From Candidatus Poseidoniaceae archaeon (lineage in GTDB: Archaea; Thermoplasmatota; Poseidoniia; Poseidoniales; Poseidoniaceae): a DNA stretch of 64,000 nucleotides. The position numbers were made by a program, and so were the translations under genes. Under the pieces are notes generated by a model, which did not search any database, had not been told where the DNA came from, and was given only the letters and a program-made list of their open reading frames with translations. The stretch spans positions 39,658 through 103,657 of the forward strand of contig CASIAW010000002.1 of NCBI GenBank assembly GCA_949372875.1. Direction: 5' to 3'. Positions 17,823-26,953 of this stretch are shown in pieces (position 1 is the first letter of the stretch; each line of letters opens with the position of its first letter).

Positions 17823-18701
17823 ATGAGAGTACTTTTGCTCGGTGCTTCCGGTTTTATCGGACAAAGCATTGTTTCGAAAGTTCCTGAACATGTTGAACTC
17901 ACTGGGACCTATTTCAAAAATGAGAAAAAAAGCAAACGCTGTCACTTTGAACAGCTAAATTACTTGAGCGAGGGGCTTGATTGGAATCAACTTATTGAGC
18001 CTTATTCATGTATTATCGTGGCAGCACGAGCGAATGCAGGCAATGGCAAGACTCGCGATGATATTTCGCAACGTTCACAATCCGCTTTTTCAAAAATGAT
18101 CAAAGCGGTGGAAGCAAGTGAATCAAAACCCTTTATCGTCGCAGTGAATGGAAGTTTAAGTTACGGGCATCGAGGTGAAGAGCTGGTAAGGACTGATGAT
18201 GAAATCAATCCTACAGGTTTTGCAAAATCGTATTCCATAGCCGAAAAACCGTTTCGCGACTATCTGAAACAACTCAATGATATTGCAATTGTACGGGCGC
18301 CATGGGTCTTAGGACCCGGGTCTTGGTTTTCACAAATGTACCTTACAGCAAATAAGATTCCGAAAATCGGGGATGGAAACCAGTGGATGGCAGTGGTAAC
18401 CGTAGATGGTTTAGCAGAATATGTTTGGGAATTAGTTGAGAGGCGGACTCTCGGAATCTACCATCCTAAACTAATCAGTCGATGCAGACAAAACGACTTT
18501 GCACATACAGTTCAACAGGTCACTAAAAAACAAACTCAAAAAGTTGGAAGATTGAGATTATGGAGAATGGAGAAACAAATGCGTGAATCAATTCTTGCCT
18601 CGATTAAATTGGACGATGGAGAAGGCAATCATTCGGAAAGCGAGACTGCCAAAAGGGAACTGAAAGCCGCTATGGAAGAGATTTATTCTGGCTTTTCATA
18701 G
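17823..18701 (+). CDS. NAD-dependent epimerase/dehydratase (extended SDR-like)
   Basis: MRVLLLGASGFIG Rossmann motif; catalytic YxxxK looks degenerate. Confidence 0.75.
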   Translation: MRVLLLGASGFIGQSIVSKVPEHVELTGTYFKNEKKSKRCHFEQLNYLSEGLDWNQLIEPYSCIIVAARANAGNGKTRDDISQRSQSAFSKMIKAVEASESKPFIVAVNGSLSYGHRGEELVRTDDEINPTGFAKSYSIAEKPFRDYLKQLNDIAIVRAPWVLGPGSWFSQMYLTANKIPKIGDGNQWMAVVTVDGLAEYVWELVERRTLGIYHPKLISRCRQNDFAHTVQQVTKKQTQKVGRLRLWRMEKQMRESILASIKLDDGEGNHSESETAKRELKAAMEEIYSGFS

Positions 18702-19483
18702 ATGTACAAACTGTATTCTCCTAAATTCCAAAAAGGAGTCCATTGCAAGAATGCATCGAATTTGTAGAGAAATTTACTGCGAATACTATCGAGTGGGGCC
18801 CAATGATGCCGATACCATGCTGGATGAGTAATACAGTAGCCACTGCGGTGCTTTTTGAGTAAGTCTTTCTTGAAGATTCCGTGAATTTGCCGAGCAGAGT
18901 AACACCTTGACGCTAAAAAACGGGTCGGGGAGTAGCCCCCCCACACTTTTCTTAACCGACTCATTGCCTTTTTTGGCCTTAGCATCACCATATTCCAGAG
19001 TATGTCAAAAGCGTACCATTTGTTAACGAAGGTCGCCACAATACGCCCTCCAGGTTTGAGGACTTTTGACATGTCTAAAACTGCATTTTCAAGTTCTGCA
19101 CATGTATTAAGGGCTCCAAAAAATACGTAGATTGTGTCAATTGAATCTGGTTCAAGATACTTTGTTGAATCTTCTGGACCCCCTAGAAGCGGGTTCATCT
19201 TCGACAACTTTTTTGCTTTTTGTGAAACAATCTTGTGGAACTCAGGAGTAATGTCAAGTCCATTGACAGATTCAACTTTATTGACCTCTGCAAACCAAAC
19301 CATATCAAGGCCAGGCCCATAGCCAATTTCTAGCAAATTTTGAACATCTCCTTCGAGAACTTTTTGGCGAAATACGTTTCTTAAAGTCATCAAAACATGG
19401 TTATCATTCGCACGAGATTCAAAACTTTCAGCCTCTTCATCATAATAATCTGCAACTGATTGATGATACTTTTCAGCATTCAT
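18683..19483 (-). CDS. Class I SAM-dependent methyltransferase
   Basis: LLEIGYGPG, GLD, LKPGG. Confidence 0.85.
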   Translation of the reverse strand: MNAEKYHQSVADYYDEEAESFESRANDNHVLMTLRNVFRQKVLEGDVQNLLEIGYGPGLDMVWFAEVNKVESVNGLDITPEFHKIVSQKAKKLSKMNPLLGGPEDSTKYLEPDSIDTIYVFFGALNTCAELENAVLDMSKVLKPGGRIVATFVNKWYAFDILWNMVMLRPKKAMSRLRKVWGGYSPTRFLASRCYSARQIHGIFKKDLLKKHRSGYCITHPAWYRHHWAPLDSIRSKFLYKFDAFLQWTPFWNLGEYSLYIYEKPE

Positions 19484-20334
19484 GAGACCGCCTCAATCAC
19501 ATTGCTGTATTCTGCTTCAATACGCGACTTGTGGCTGTTTTCGTGGCCTCTGCAAACCGATTTTGAATAGACTGCTTCCTTTGATTCAGAGGAATCAGTC
19601 AGTTGTTTTATTCGACGGGATGCTTCCCATGATTCAATGATTCTTCCGAGCAAAGGGAGTCTCATGACCCTCCACCACCATGGGTACTGCCGTTTTTGTT
19701 CAAGGGTAATGGCTGCTTTTCGTCTTGCATTTGGCAGCATTTCTTCAGTCCAGGGGTTCTTCGAATAAAGTTCAGAAATCCCCCCATCGTCCTTAATCGG
19801 AATTATTTGCATCATTTCACGAGCACTGTAGATTCCTTTTTCAAACTCCAACGAATCTTCGGACATGACCATGTTCGGGCAAAGGAGATTGCCTTTGGGG
19901 TGCTTGTGTGAAAGATAGATGGCTAAGGCACGAATTCTCCATACCCATCCTGGTTTGGTGATTATCAACACATCAACGTCACCGTCTTCCGCATTCACGC
20001 CTGCTGCTACTGAGCCGGTAATAGCAAGGCCAGTAATTTGTTGGCATGAATTTAGAATTGACAACACCTCCTTGGTCTCTTCAAGAGTCTTTCTTGCGAG
20101 TTCTTTCGAATACGTATGATTCAAGTTTTTTGGATATTTATCGGAAAAAACGATTCCGTCTTCAAGACGTAAGTGCGATGATGTGCTAATGGCTGATAGA
20201 AGATCGGAGCGCGTCGATTTTACTCGTAAGTTTCTCAACAAATCATCTATTTCCATGTGATGATCGAAGATGCTGGAATAAGCCAATACCTCGTCGATTG
20301 CTTCTACGATTTCTTGAACGACCGTAGAATTCAT
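19480..20334 (-). CDS. Pol-beta-family nucleotidyltransferase domain protein
   Basis: ITGSVAAG..DGDVDVLII (GS..DxD), LCPN. Confidence 0.75.
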   Translation of the reverse strand: MNSTVVQEIVEAIDEVLAYSSIFDHHMEIDDLLRNLRVKSTRSDLLSAISTSSHLRLEDGIVFSDKYPKNLNHTYSKELARKTLEETKEVLSILNSCQQITGLAITGSVAAGVNAEDGDVDVLIITKPGWVWRIRALAIYLSHKHPKGNLLCPNMVMSEDSLEFEKGIYSAREMMQIIPIKDDGGISELYSKNPWTEEMLPNARRKAAITLEQKRQYPWWWRVMRLPLLGRIIESWEASRRIKQLTDSSESKEAVYSKSVCRGHENSHKSRIEAEYSNVIEAVS

Positions 20335-20431
20335 AGTGAACAATTTGGCTACAGGCCATCGGCTTAAGAAGTAGTGAGATAATTTCACTTCATTAGAAGT
20401 TCTAAAAACAGGGCCTGTCTTCGTCTAAATT

Positions 20432-22330
20432 ATGAGTGATGATTTGAGCCTCGGCCATCAATTCACTTTGCAACTCATGCCTGTTCTGATGATTATAGGT
20501 GCAATCATGTCACTTGGTGCCAATTTTTGGTTACCGCCGTCTCTACTTCTTGCCATCTGTTTTGCTCTGGTCGTTTACTGGCTCTACACAATGAAAGATC
20601 TTCGTTTCCAATGGAAAGACCTTCGCTTCCTCATTCTTCCGTCTGTCGTATTAGGTATTGGTTTTCTGACGCATTATCATCTCACACCCGCATTTAATGA
20701 TCAAGCATATCATCTTCAGATTTCGAACAGAATTCTTGACAGATGGGATTGGGAGCCGACGCATCAAGGAATGAGTTACTCTTTTCGACCTGAGCTTCTT
20801 TCTGGAATTGCAGCGGTTGAACTTTGGATGACAGGAAAGACGTCCTCTGTTTTGGTTGTACCGGCGCTTATTCTAATCGCAGCAGCCTGGTCCATTCAAC
20901 ATCTCGGCGAGCGTTTCAGCGATTGGAAGGTTGGATTTATCGCAAGTGCAGTCTTCTGTACATTTCCTATCGTGGTCATCTATGGCAGAACTATGTTAAT
21001 GGATGTGGCATTAGCGGGAATGATAGTTTCGGTTCTCCATCATCTGGAAATAACAGATAAATTGGAGGGTTCTAAACTCATTGTAATAGGAATGCTATCA
21101 GGAATTACGGGGTTAACAAAATACGCTTATCTTTACCTCGGCGGATGGATAGTCATTATTCTATTACTTAGGAAAGAATATCAAAAAAGTAAGTTTATTG
21201 CTATCGGTTATTCCATTATTCTTGGACTATTTCTTATCAAGAATCAAATACACACCGGCTGGATATTCGGTCCACTACAATCACAAATTACTGGAACCAT
21301 GGTGAGCATTAATTCGATTGCAGGCAAAGAGGTTGCATACACACCTAACCAATTTCTTTCCGAATTCGTGGAACAATGGCCAATACTTCTGCTGTGTATT
21401 GCCCTGTATGGCACCGCACTGTTAGTGAGGTATGAAAAAAAAATCATCACCGATTATTGGATTTTAATACTCCCAGCAATCTTTCTTCATGGGTATCTGT
21501 TAAATTTTGGGTGGATACGATATTCAACTCCATGGCTTGCCTTGTTGACGGTAAGTATTCCTGCCGCACTTTGGCATTCTAGGAATGAATTTGGTGAGCA
21601 GTTACATCGACTCAAGATTCCTTCTATCCTTATCGGAATTTTAGTAATATCTACTATCAGTCCAACTTTTCACGATATCAAGGACGTGAACGAGAATACT
21701 GGGGTTTTTTCTTTTGATCAAAGAAAGTCGTGGTCTGAAATTTATACCGGAGTTGGATCAGAATTTGATAGGAGTAGCAGAGTCATTACTGGAATGGACA
21801 TCACGCTTGGATTGTATGCAGAAACTCCGAGCTATCGGTATGAAGATCAGAACTTTCCGATACTGCAAGCAATAAATAAATTTGAGGCAAGCCACATTTT
21901 TACTCAAGATACCCTATTTCGGTATGATATCGAGATTAACAGCACCTTCTTGTTTGGTTCACCCATAGAACCGGTCAAGGAATATACGTCGAATGAACAT
22001 ACTGGGCGGTTGTGGAAAGTTAATTCTGACCGTTTAAATCAGTCTGATTGGTGGAGAAATAGTACCATCGAAGTGAACGGTAATGGAGCACATTTTGGAG
22101 ATTTTGTTTGGTTAGAGAACGGTTCAAATTTTGAACTCTTGGAAGATACCGCAATACATCGAATTTATCAGGTGAATACGGAAATGGTTTTGCAGGAAGT
22201 TTTTGACGTTCTCGCTCATAATCGCCAAAACTTACTTTGTGATACAATTGAAGGTTGCTCACATTACAACAGAACCGAATATCTTGAACAAAATTGGGCT
22301 GTTTGGATGATAAAAACGGATTCTGAATAA
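20432..22330 (+). CDS. GT-C fold membrane glycosyltransferase (ArnT/PMT-like)
   Basis: Many TMs, D..YH in first loop, RP motif, GLTKY, RY..PW, soluble C-terminal domain. Confidence 0.7.
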   Translation: MSDDLSLGHQFTLQLMPVLMIIGAIMSLGANFWLPPSLLLAICFALVVYWLYTMKDLRFQWKDLRFLILPSVVLGIGFLTHYHLTPAFNDQAYHLQISNRILDRWDWEPTHQGMSYSFRPELLSGIAAVELWMTGKTSSVLVVPALILIAAAWSIQHLGERFSDWKVGFIASAVFCTFPIVVIYGRTMLMDVALAGMIVSVLHHLEITDKLEGSKLIVIGMLSGITGLTKYAYLYLGGWIVIILLLRKEYQKSKFIAIGYSIILGLFLIKNQIHTGWIFGPLQSQITGTMVSINSIAGKEVAYTPNQFLSEFVEQWPILLLCIALYGTALLVRYEKKIITDYWILILPAIFLHGYLLNFGWIRYSTPWLALLTVSIPAALWHSRNEFGEQLHRLKIPSILIGILVISTISPTFHDIKDVNENTGVFSFDQRKSWSEIYTGVGSEFDRSSRVITGMDITLGLYAETPSYRYEDQNFPILQAINKFEASHIFTQDTLFRYDIEINSTFLFGSPIEPVKEYTSNEHTGRLWKVNSDRLNQSDWWRNSTIEVNGNGAHFGDFVWLENGSNFELLEDTAIHRIYQVNTEMVLQEVFDVLAHNRQNLLCDTIEGCSHYNRTEYLEQNWAVWMIKTDSE

Positions 22331-22350
22331 ATCGCAATGGGAATCCTTTG

Positions 22351-22887
22351 TTACATTGGTTTGGGCCATGGGCGGCTTTCATCGTCCCAGGTCGCCCATT
22401 CTAGAACCCATGGATCCATGAACGGTTCAAGCTCATATCCAAGGTCTCGCATAACATCCCCTGGAGGGGCTGTTCCTCCTTTGAATCGTATTCCAGCCCG
22501 GATTAACGCAGAGGACTTGACTTCTCCTCTCTGTTCAATTGTTTGTTGGAAATAGTAGAACTTCTCGTCAAAACCAACGATTTTTGAGCGAACAGTGGCT
22601 TTTCGAAACGGTACGAGCCGTTTCCTGTACCGCATGGTTGAACCACCAATGACAAAGGCATACTTCTTTTTTCGAACGTATTGAAACAAACCAATCTCAA
22701 AGGCAATATCGTATCTAGCAAGATCACAAAAGACATAATGTCGGCCATTGTTCACTTCAGGATAAACATCGATATCTCCAAGGCCGGGGCGAAAACTCCA
22801 CCGGTACTCTCTCTCAATATCGAAAGATTGTTTTTTGCGAAAGAGATTTCCAAGCATCATCTTGATGAGTCGATGATAAGGATACAC
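22351..22887 (-). CDS. Hotdog-fold thioesterase-like protein
   Basis: GDID...EVNNGR, MRYRKRLVPF, GFDEK. Confidence 0.8.
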   Translation of the reverse strand: MYPYHRLIKMMLGNLFRKKQSFDIEREYRWSFRPGLGDIDVYPEVNNGRHYVFCDLARYDIAFEIGLFQYVRKKKYAFVIGGSTMRYRKRLVPFRKATVRSKIVGFDEKFYYFQQTIEQRGEVKSSALIRAGIRFKGGTAPPGDVMRDLGYELEPFMDPWVLEWATWDDESRPWPKPM

Positions 22888-22968
22888 AAACCAGTTCCGA
22901 AAGAGCCGGTATATAGTGCCGTGCCACTAAGTTCTTACGAATTGAAATCATTTCCCTCGAAAGATGAT

Positions 22969-23991
22969 TCAATCACGAGTCCACAGATGGACCGTTTCCA
23001 CACCCCATGATTCAGTGGCTGTGTGTGAAAGACCAGCTGAGGAAAGACGTTCAACATCGATGTTTGAAGCAATCGGCTTTTGATGAACGACTTCACTGTG
23101 AATCAAGTAGAACTCATCGACCAACCCTTGGTCGAGGAACGAGGACACTGTTGTAGGGCCTCCTTCGACCATAACACGCTGAATTTCCTTGTCAGCAAGG
23201 AGATTGAGAAGTGCTGGCAAGGAAGTGAAATCTTTGCCCATCACGAGTGTTTCATGCTCATCGTTGAGGAGAAGAGCCTCTTTTGGAGTACGCTGATTTG
23301 GATCGATAATAATTCGAAGAGGTTGGCGCTCCGTCTCAACTCGTCGAACCGTAAGTTGTGGATTGTCTCTGACAACGGTTTCAACCCCGACAAGAACTGC
23401 ATCGCACTCTTTACGAAGAGCGTGAACATGGTCGAGGCACTCTTCGGAAGTGAATCGCTGTGCGTTAAGGCTACGGTCATCAACCGAACCGTTCGCATCG
23501 ACTGCCATTTTGACCGTAACAACTGGACGACGATGTTGACACCAATGGAGAAATGGGCGCATTTGAACGGCAGCCTCCGCTTCTAACAAGCCTTGTCGAA
23601 CGAGAATACCTGCCTCTTGGAGAACCTGAATCCCCTGTCCTCGAACGGTCGGATTTGGGTCATAGTGAGCCACGATGACTTCTTTGACTCCTGCCCACAT
23701 CAGAGCTTCAGTACACGGTGGAGTGCGGCCAAAGTGATTGCATGGCTCAAGTGTAACATAGGCTGTTGCTCCGTTTGATGAATGGCCCTTCGATTCAGCA
23801 TCGTGGATAGCCATTTGTTCAGCATGGAGTCCACCGAGGTGGTCGTGCCAACCTTCAGCGATGACTTCTCCATCCTTGACCAATACACAGCCAACAAGCG
23901 GGTTTGGGCTAACCTTGCCTCGGCCACGTTCTGCGACTTCAAGGGCCCGTTGCATGAACCGCTTTTCGTCTACAGTCCATGGACTCGCCAT
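22969..23991 (-). CDS. ribD: Bifunctional riboflavin deaminase/reductase
   Basis: PNPLVGCV, HAE, LEPCNHFGRTPPC, DNPQLTVR, VEGG. Confidence 0.95.
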   Translation of the reverse strand: MASPWTVDEKRFMQRALEVAERGRGKVSPNPLVGCVLVKDGEVIAEGWHDHLGGLHAEQMAIHDAESKGHSSNGATAYVTLEPCNHFGRTPPCTEALMWAGVKEVIVAHYDPNPTVRGQGIQVLQEAGILVRQGLLEAEAAVQMRPFLHWCQHRRPVVTVKMAVDANGSVDDRSLNAQRFTSEECLDHVHALRKECDAVLVGVETVVRDNPQLTVRRVETERQPLRIIIDPNQRTPKEALLLNDEHETLVMGKDFTSLPALLNLLADKEIQRVMVEGGPTTVSSFLDQGLVDEFYLIHSEVVHQKPIASNIDVERLSSAGLSHTATESWGVETVHLWTRD

Positions 23992-24190
23992 ACACCTTCC
24001 ACATCGGTCGGGTTCAAGACCTCTTGCATTTCACTTCAAACTAATTCCCGTCAAATGGTCCATGAAAAGACTATTGCACCGTGTAAACGGGTTTTTATGC
24101 AATATGAATTGATTTTAACCCACCCTAAATTGGCTGGGTGTGCGGCTGTTATAGAGAAGGTTTGAAACCAAACACCCACCTCTTCTAAGC

Positions 24191-25255
24191 ATGTCAAACG
24201 ATGAGGCAGGGCAAGGGCCCGTTGCTCTAAACTTCGAACCTGACCTGTCAACAAAGCAGAAAAAAGGGGCACACAAACCCATTTACGCTAAGGTTTTTAC
24301 TCAAAAACCTGTAAAAACGAAGACCATCAAGCAAATTCATCTTTTGGTAAACCCTTACGCTGGTAAGCGAAAAGGAAAGAAAATCGGCGAGCAAGTCAAA
24401 AGCTTACTCGAACAAGAGGGGAAAACTGTAAATATCCATTTTTCAGACTACAGCGGCCACTTAACTGAAATTGCCCAGGGCATCAATGCATCAGAAGAAG
24501 ACATCTTCGCTGTTGTTGGAGGCGATGGAAGTCTATCAGAAGTGATTACCGGGCGAATGAACGCTCAACCAGATGCAGGCGGTTTATTCGCCCTTATTCC
24601 TGCAGGAACTGGAAATTCAATGGCGAACGATCTACGTCTTACATCAACTGAGCAAGCCGTTCATTGCATCGTTCATGGTGCTCGTCAAAGTCTGGATTTG
24701 GCGAAAGTGGAAATGGTTAATGGGCTTCCAGGTGCCGAAAACGGTCAAACTGTTCGATACAGCCACAATCTCGTCACTTGGGGACTGGGAGTCGATTCTA
24801 CAATCAAAGCAGAAAAAATGCGCTGGATGGGGCCGATTCGGTATGATGTCGGCATCCTAATGGCCATCATGGCGAACAATCGCCGTCAAGCAACACTGAC
24901 CATTGACGGTACTGAAATGCGAGGTGACTACACGCTCTTTTTGATTCAAAACAGTCAAACTGGTGGCTCGATGTTGCCGCTCGCACCAGGTGCATCGTTG
25001 GATGACGGACTGATGGACATTGGTATTTTGAAGAAAATGACGCGTAGAGATGTGCTCAAAGCCTTTGGAATGCTCAAAAACGAAGGTCGGCACGTGTTCC
25101 ATCCACGTGTTGATTACCATAAGTTCCGAACTTTGTCTATCGAGACTCCAGCACCTGCAGCAATCAATGTAGATGGAGAGAACATTGGCTCTACACCATT
25201 GAACATGGAAGTCTTGCCGGGTGCAGTTCAAATCTGCGTGCCACTCTCAGAATGA
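24191..25255 (+). CDS. Diacylglycerol/lipid kinase family protein (DagK/YegS-like)
   Basis: NPYAG, GGDGS, PAGTGN, LDDG, VDGE. Confidence 0.88.
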   Translation: MSNDEAGQGPVALNFEPDLSTKQKKGAHKPIYAKVFTQKPVKTKTIKQIHLLVNPYAGKRKGKKIGEQVKSLLEQEGKTVNIHFSDYSGHLTEIAQGINASEEDIFAVVGGDGSLSEVITGRMNAQPDAGGLFALIPAGTGNSMANDLRLTSTEQAVHCIVHGARQSLDLAKVEMVNGLPGAENGQTVRYSHNLVTWGLGVDSTIKAEKMRWMGPIRYDVGILMAIMANNRRQATLTIDGTEMRGDYTLFLIQNSQTGGSMLPLAPGASLDDGLMDIGILKKMTRRDVLKAFGMLKNEGRHVFHPRVDYHKFRTLSIETPAPAAINVDGENIGSTPLNMEVLPGAVQICVPLSE

Positions 25256-26731
25256 AAAGTCTGAAAACTCTTCATCAGGCTCTTCGAATGTTTCTCGAGA
25301 AGTTTGCTTAGGTTCTTCTTCTGGAGCAACCGGGGTTTCTTGTTTTGGTGTCGACGCTTTTCGCTTTCGGACCGTTTTTCTGGAAGGAGGGCCGGATGCT
25401 TTCTTAGAAGTGGGGGCTGAAGAGGTGAAATGCTCTCTCTGCTGACGTGGTGGTTGACTCGAGGTGACGCTTGATTTCGAAGGCGACTGCCATGGTGGTG
25501 AAGATGATTGAATCGGTATTCCAATATCGGAGGACTGTTCGGTTATCTCTCGCTCCATTTCTTGAGATTCAATGGTTTCAACTACGGATGAGCCCTTACC
25601 ACCAAATTCAGTTGTTGAGCCCATGCTTGGGCCTGATGAGAGAACGCTATCAAGGTCAAAACCTGCGAGTTCTGGTTCAGAAGATGCCTTGTTTGATTCT
25701 TGCGGTTTCTTGTCTGAAGCATGTTTTCTTGCAGCAGCTTTACGTTCTGCGGGGGAGGTCATACCTGATGCTTTTGCAGATTTTACATCTTTCTTAACCT
25801 GCTTAATGTTGTCCATGCCAGCTTTTCCGAGCAGTGTTTTCATGGTAGATTTTGCTCCTTGCATGACAAACATCTTTGAGAGAATGAAGGCACCTACTGC
25901 GCCACCGATTCCAAATGCCAAGAAGAAGAGGACGTAACCTGCTCTGCCAATAAGTGGAACATCCCCATGAACCCATTCATCACTCGATTCACCATCTGAA
26001 CTAATCACTGCCCCATCCAACTGAATACTTGTAACAAGAACGTATGCGTTCTCTTTGTTCTGCGTACCAATAGCAAGACTGCAATCATCTTCTGCGGTCT
26101 GGTAATTGTAATATCCTGGTGCATTTCCACTTGAATCGGTTTGGACAAGATAACCGTTAATGGTCACCGATTGATGCCATTCATCCAAAGCAGTCAAACC
26201 GTTGTGGATGTTTTCTGTCGTCGGAATGAGTCCAAGGATGTACCAGCGTGTGTCTGAATCTCGGTCAACTTCGTCAAGGTCAACTGAGCCTGCCCCCGTT
26301 TCTGGGTTGAGAGGCACATCCCAGTTTTTAACGTCAATTCTTGAACCATCGCCTTCGACCACATTGTTGGCATCTTGAATGCTCATCCGTTGGATTGCCA
26401 CACTAGTTGCTACGCCATAGTCAAGGCCATTTGCACCACCAGCAGGAGAGTGGGAGGAATAGAAGTGACTCGCAGCCAAATAGCCTGAGAAGGAAACGGT
26501 GCCTGAATTATTACTACCTAATTCACCAACATCTGATGCACAGCCTATGGCTTCAATACCTGAAATCTCCATAGATTCAGAACCTAAGCCACTTTTTACA
26601 GTTGTTGATTCTTGAGAAAAGTCGACATGCAATTCGCCGCTGTCGGCTCCCCATGTAGCGGTTGAAGGACCTAAGCAGCCTGCGAGAGTCATGCTGAGGA
26701 CGAGCAAGACGGCAAATCGGACTCGGCGCAT
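25247..26731 (-). CDS. Hypothetical lipoprotein with TM and disordered C-terminal tail
   Basis: LAGC lipobox, TM around aa 265-290, low-complexity tail. Confidence 0.75.
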   Translation of the reverse strand: MRRVRFAVLLVLSMTLAGCLGPSTATWGADSGELHVDFSQESTTVKSGLGSESMEISGIEAIGCASDVGELGSNNSGTVSFSGYLAASHFYSSHSPAGGANGLDYGVATSVAIQRMSIQDANNVVEGDGSRIDVKNWDVPLNPETGAGSVDLDEVDRDSDTRWYILGLIPTTENIHNGLTALDEWHQSVTINGYLVQTDSSGNAPGYYNYQTAEDDCSLAIGTQNKENAYVLVTSIQLDGAVISSDGESSDEWVHGDVPLIGRAGYVLFFLAFGIGGAVGAFILSKMFVMQGAKSTMKTLLGKAGMDNIKQVKKDVKSAKASGMTSPAERKAAARKHASDKKPQESNKASSEPELAGFDLDSVLSSGPSMGSTTEFGGKGSSVVETIESQEMEREITEQSSDIGIPIQSSSPPWQSPSKSSVTSSQPPRQQREHFTSSAPTSKKASGPPSRKTVRKRKASTPKQETPVAPEEEPKQTSRETFEEPDEEFSDFSF

Positions 26732-26806
26732 GTTTGACCGAGGGGTGCTTTAGTTTGAGAACTCTTCCGTTCATCCCCCTAGGAAACTCAACGAAAAAAG
26801 AGAAGG

Positions 26807-26889
26807 CGCAGAGAGAGGGATTCGAACCCCCGAGTCCTAGGGACAGTGGATTTCAAGTCCACCGCAATACCGGGCTATGCGATCTCTGC
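26807..26889 (-). tRNA. tRNA-Ser(TGA)
   Basis: GCAGAGA/TCTCTGC stem, GTGGA-CT-TGA-AA-TCCAC anticodon arm, long variable arm, GGTTCGAATCC. Confidence 0.95.
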
Positions 26890-26953
26890 AACAATTCGGG
26901 ACGGTAGGTCCCGTTATCGCATCTGTAGGTCGGATGACAGTTCAATATGAGCC

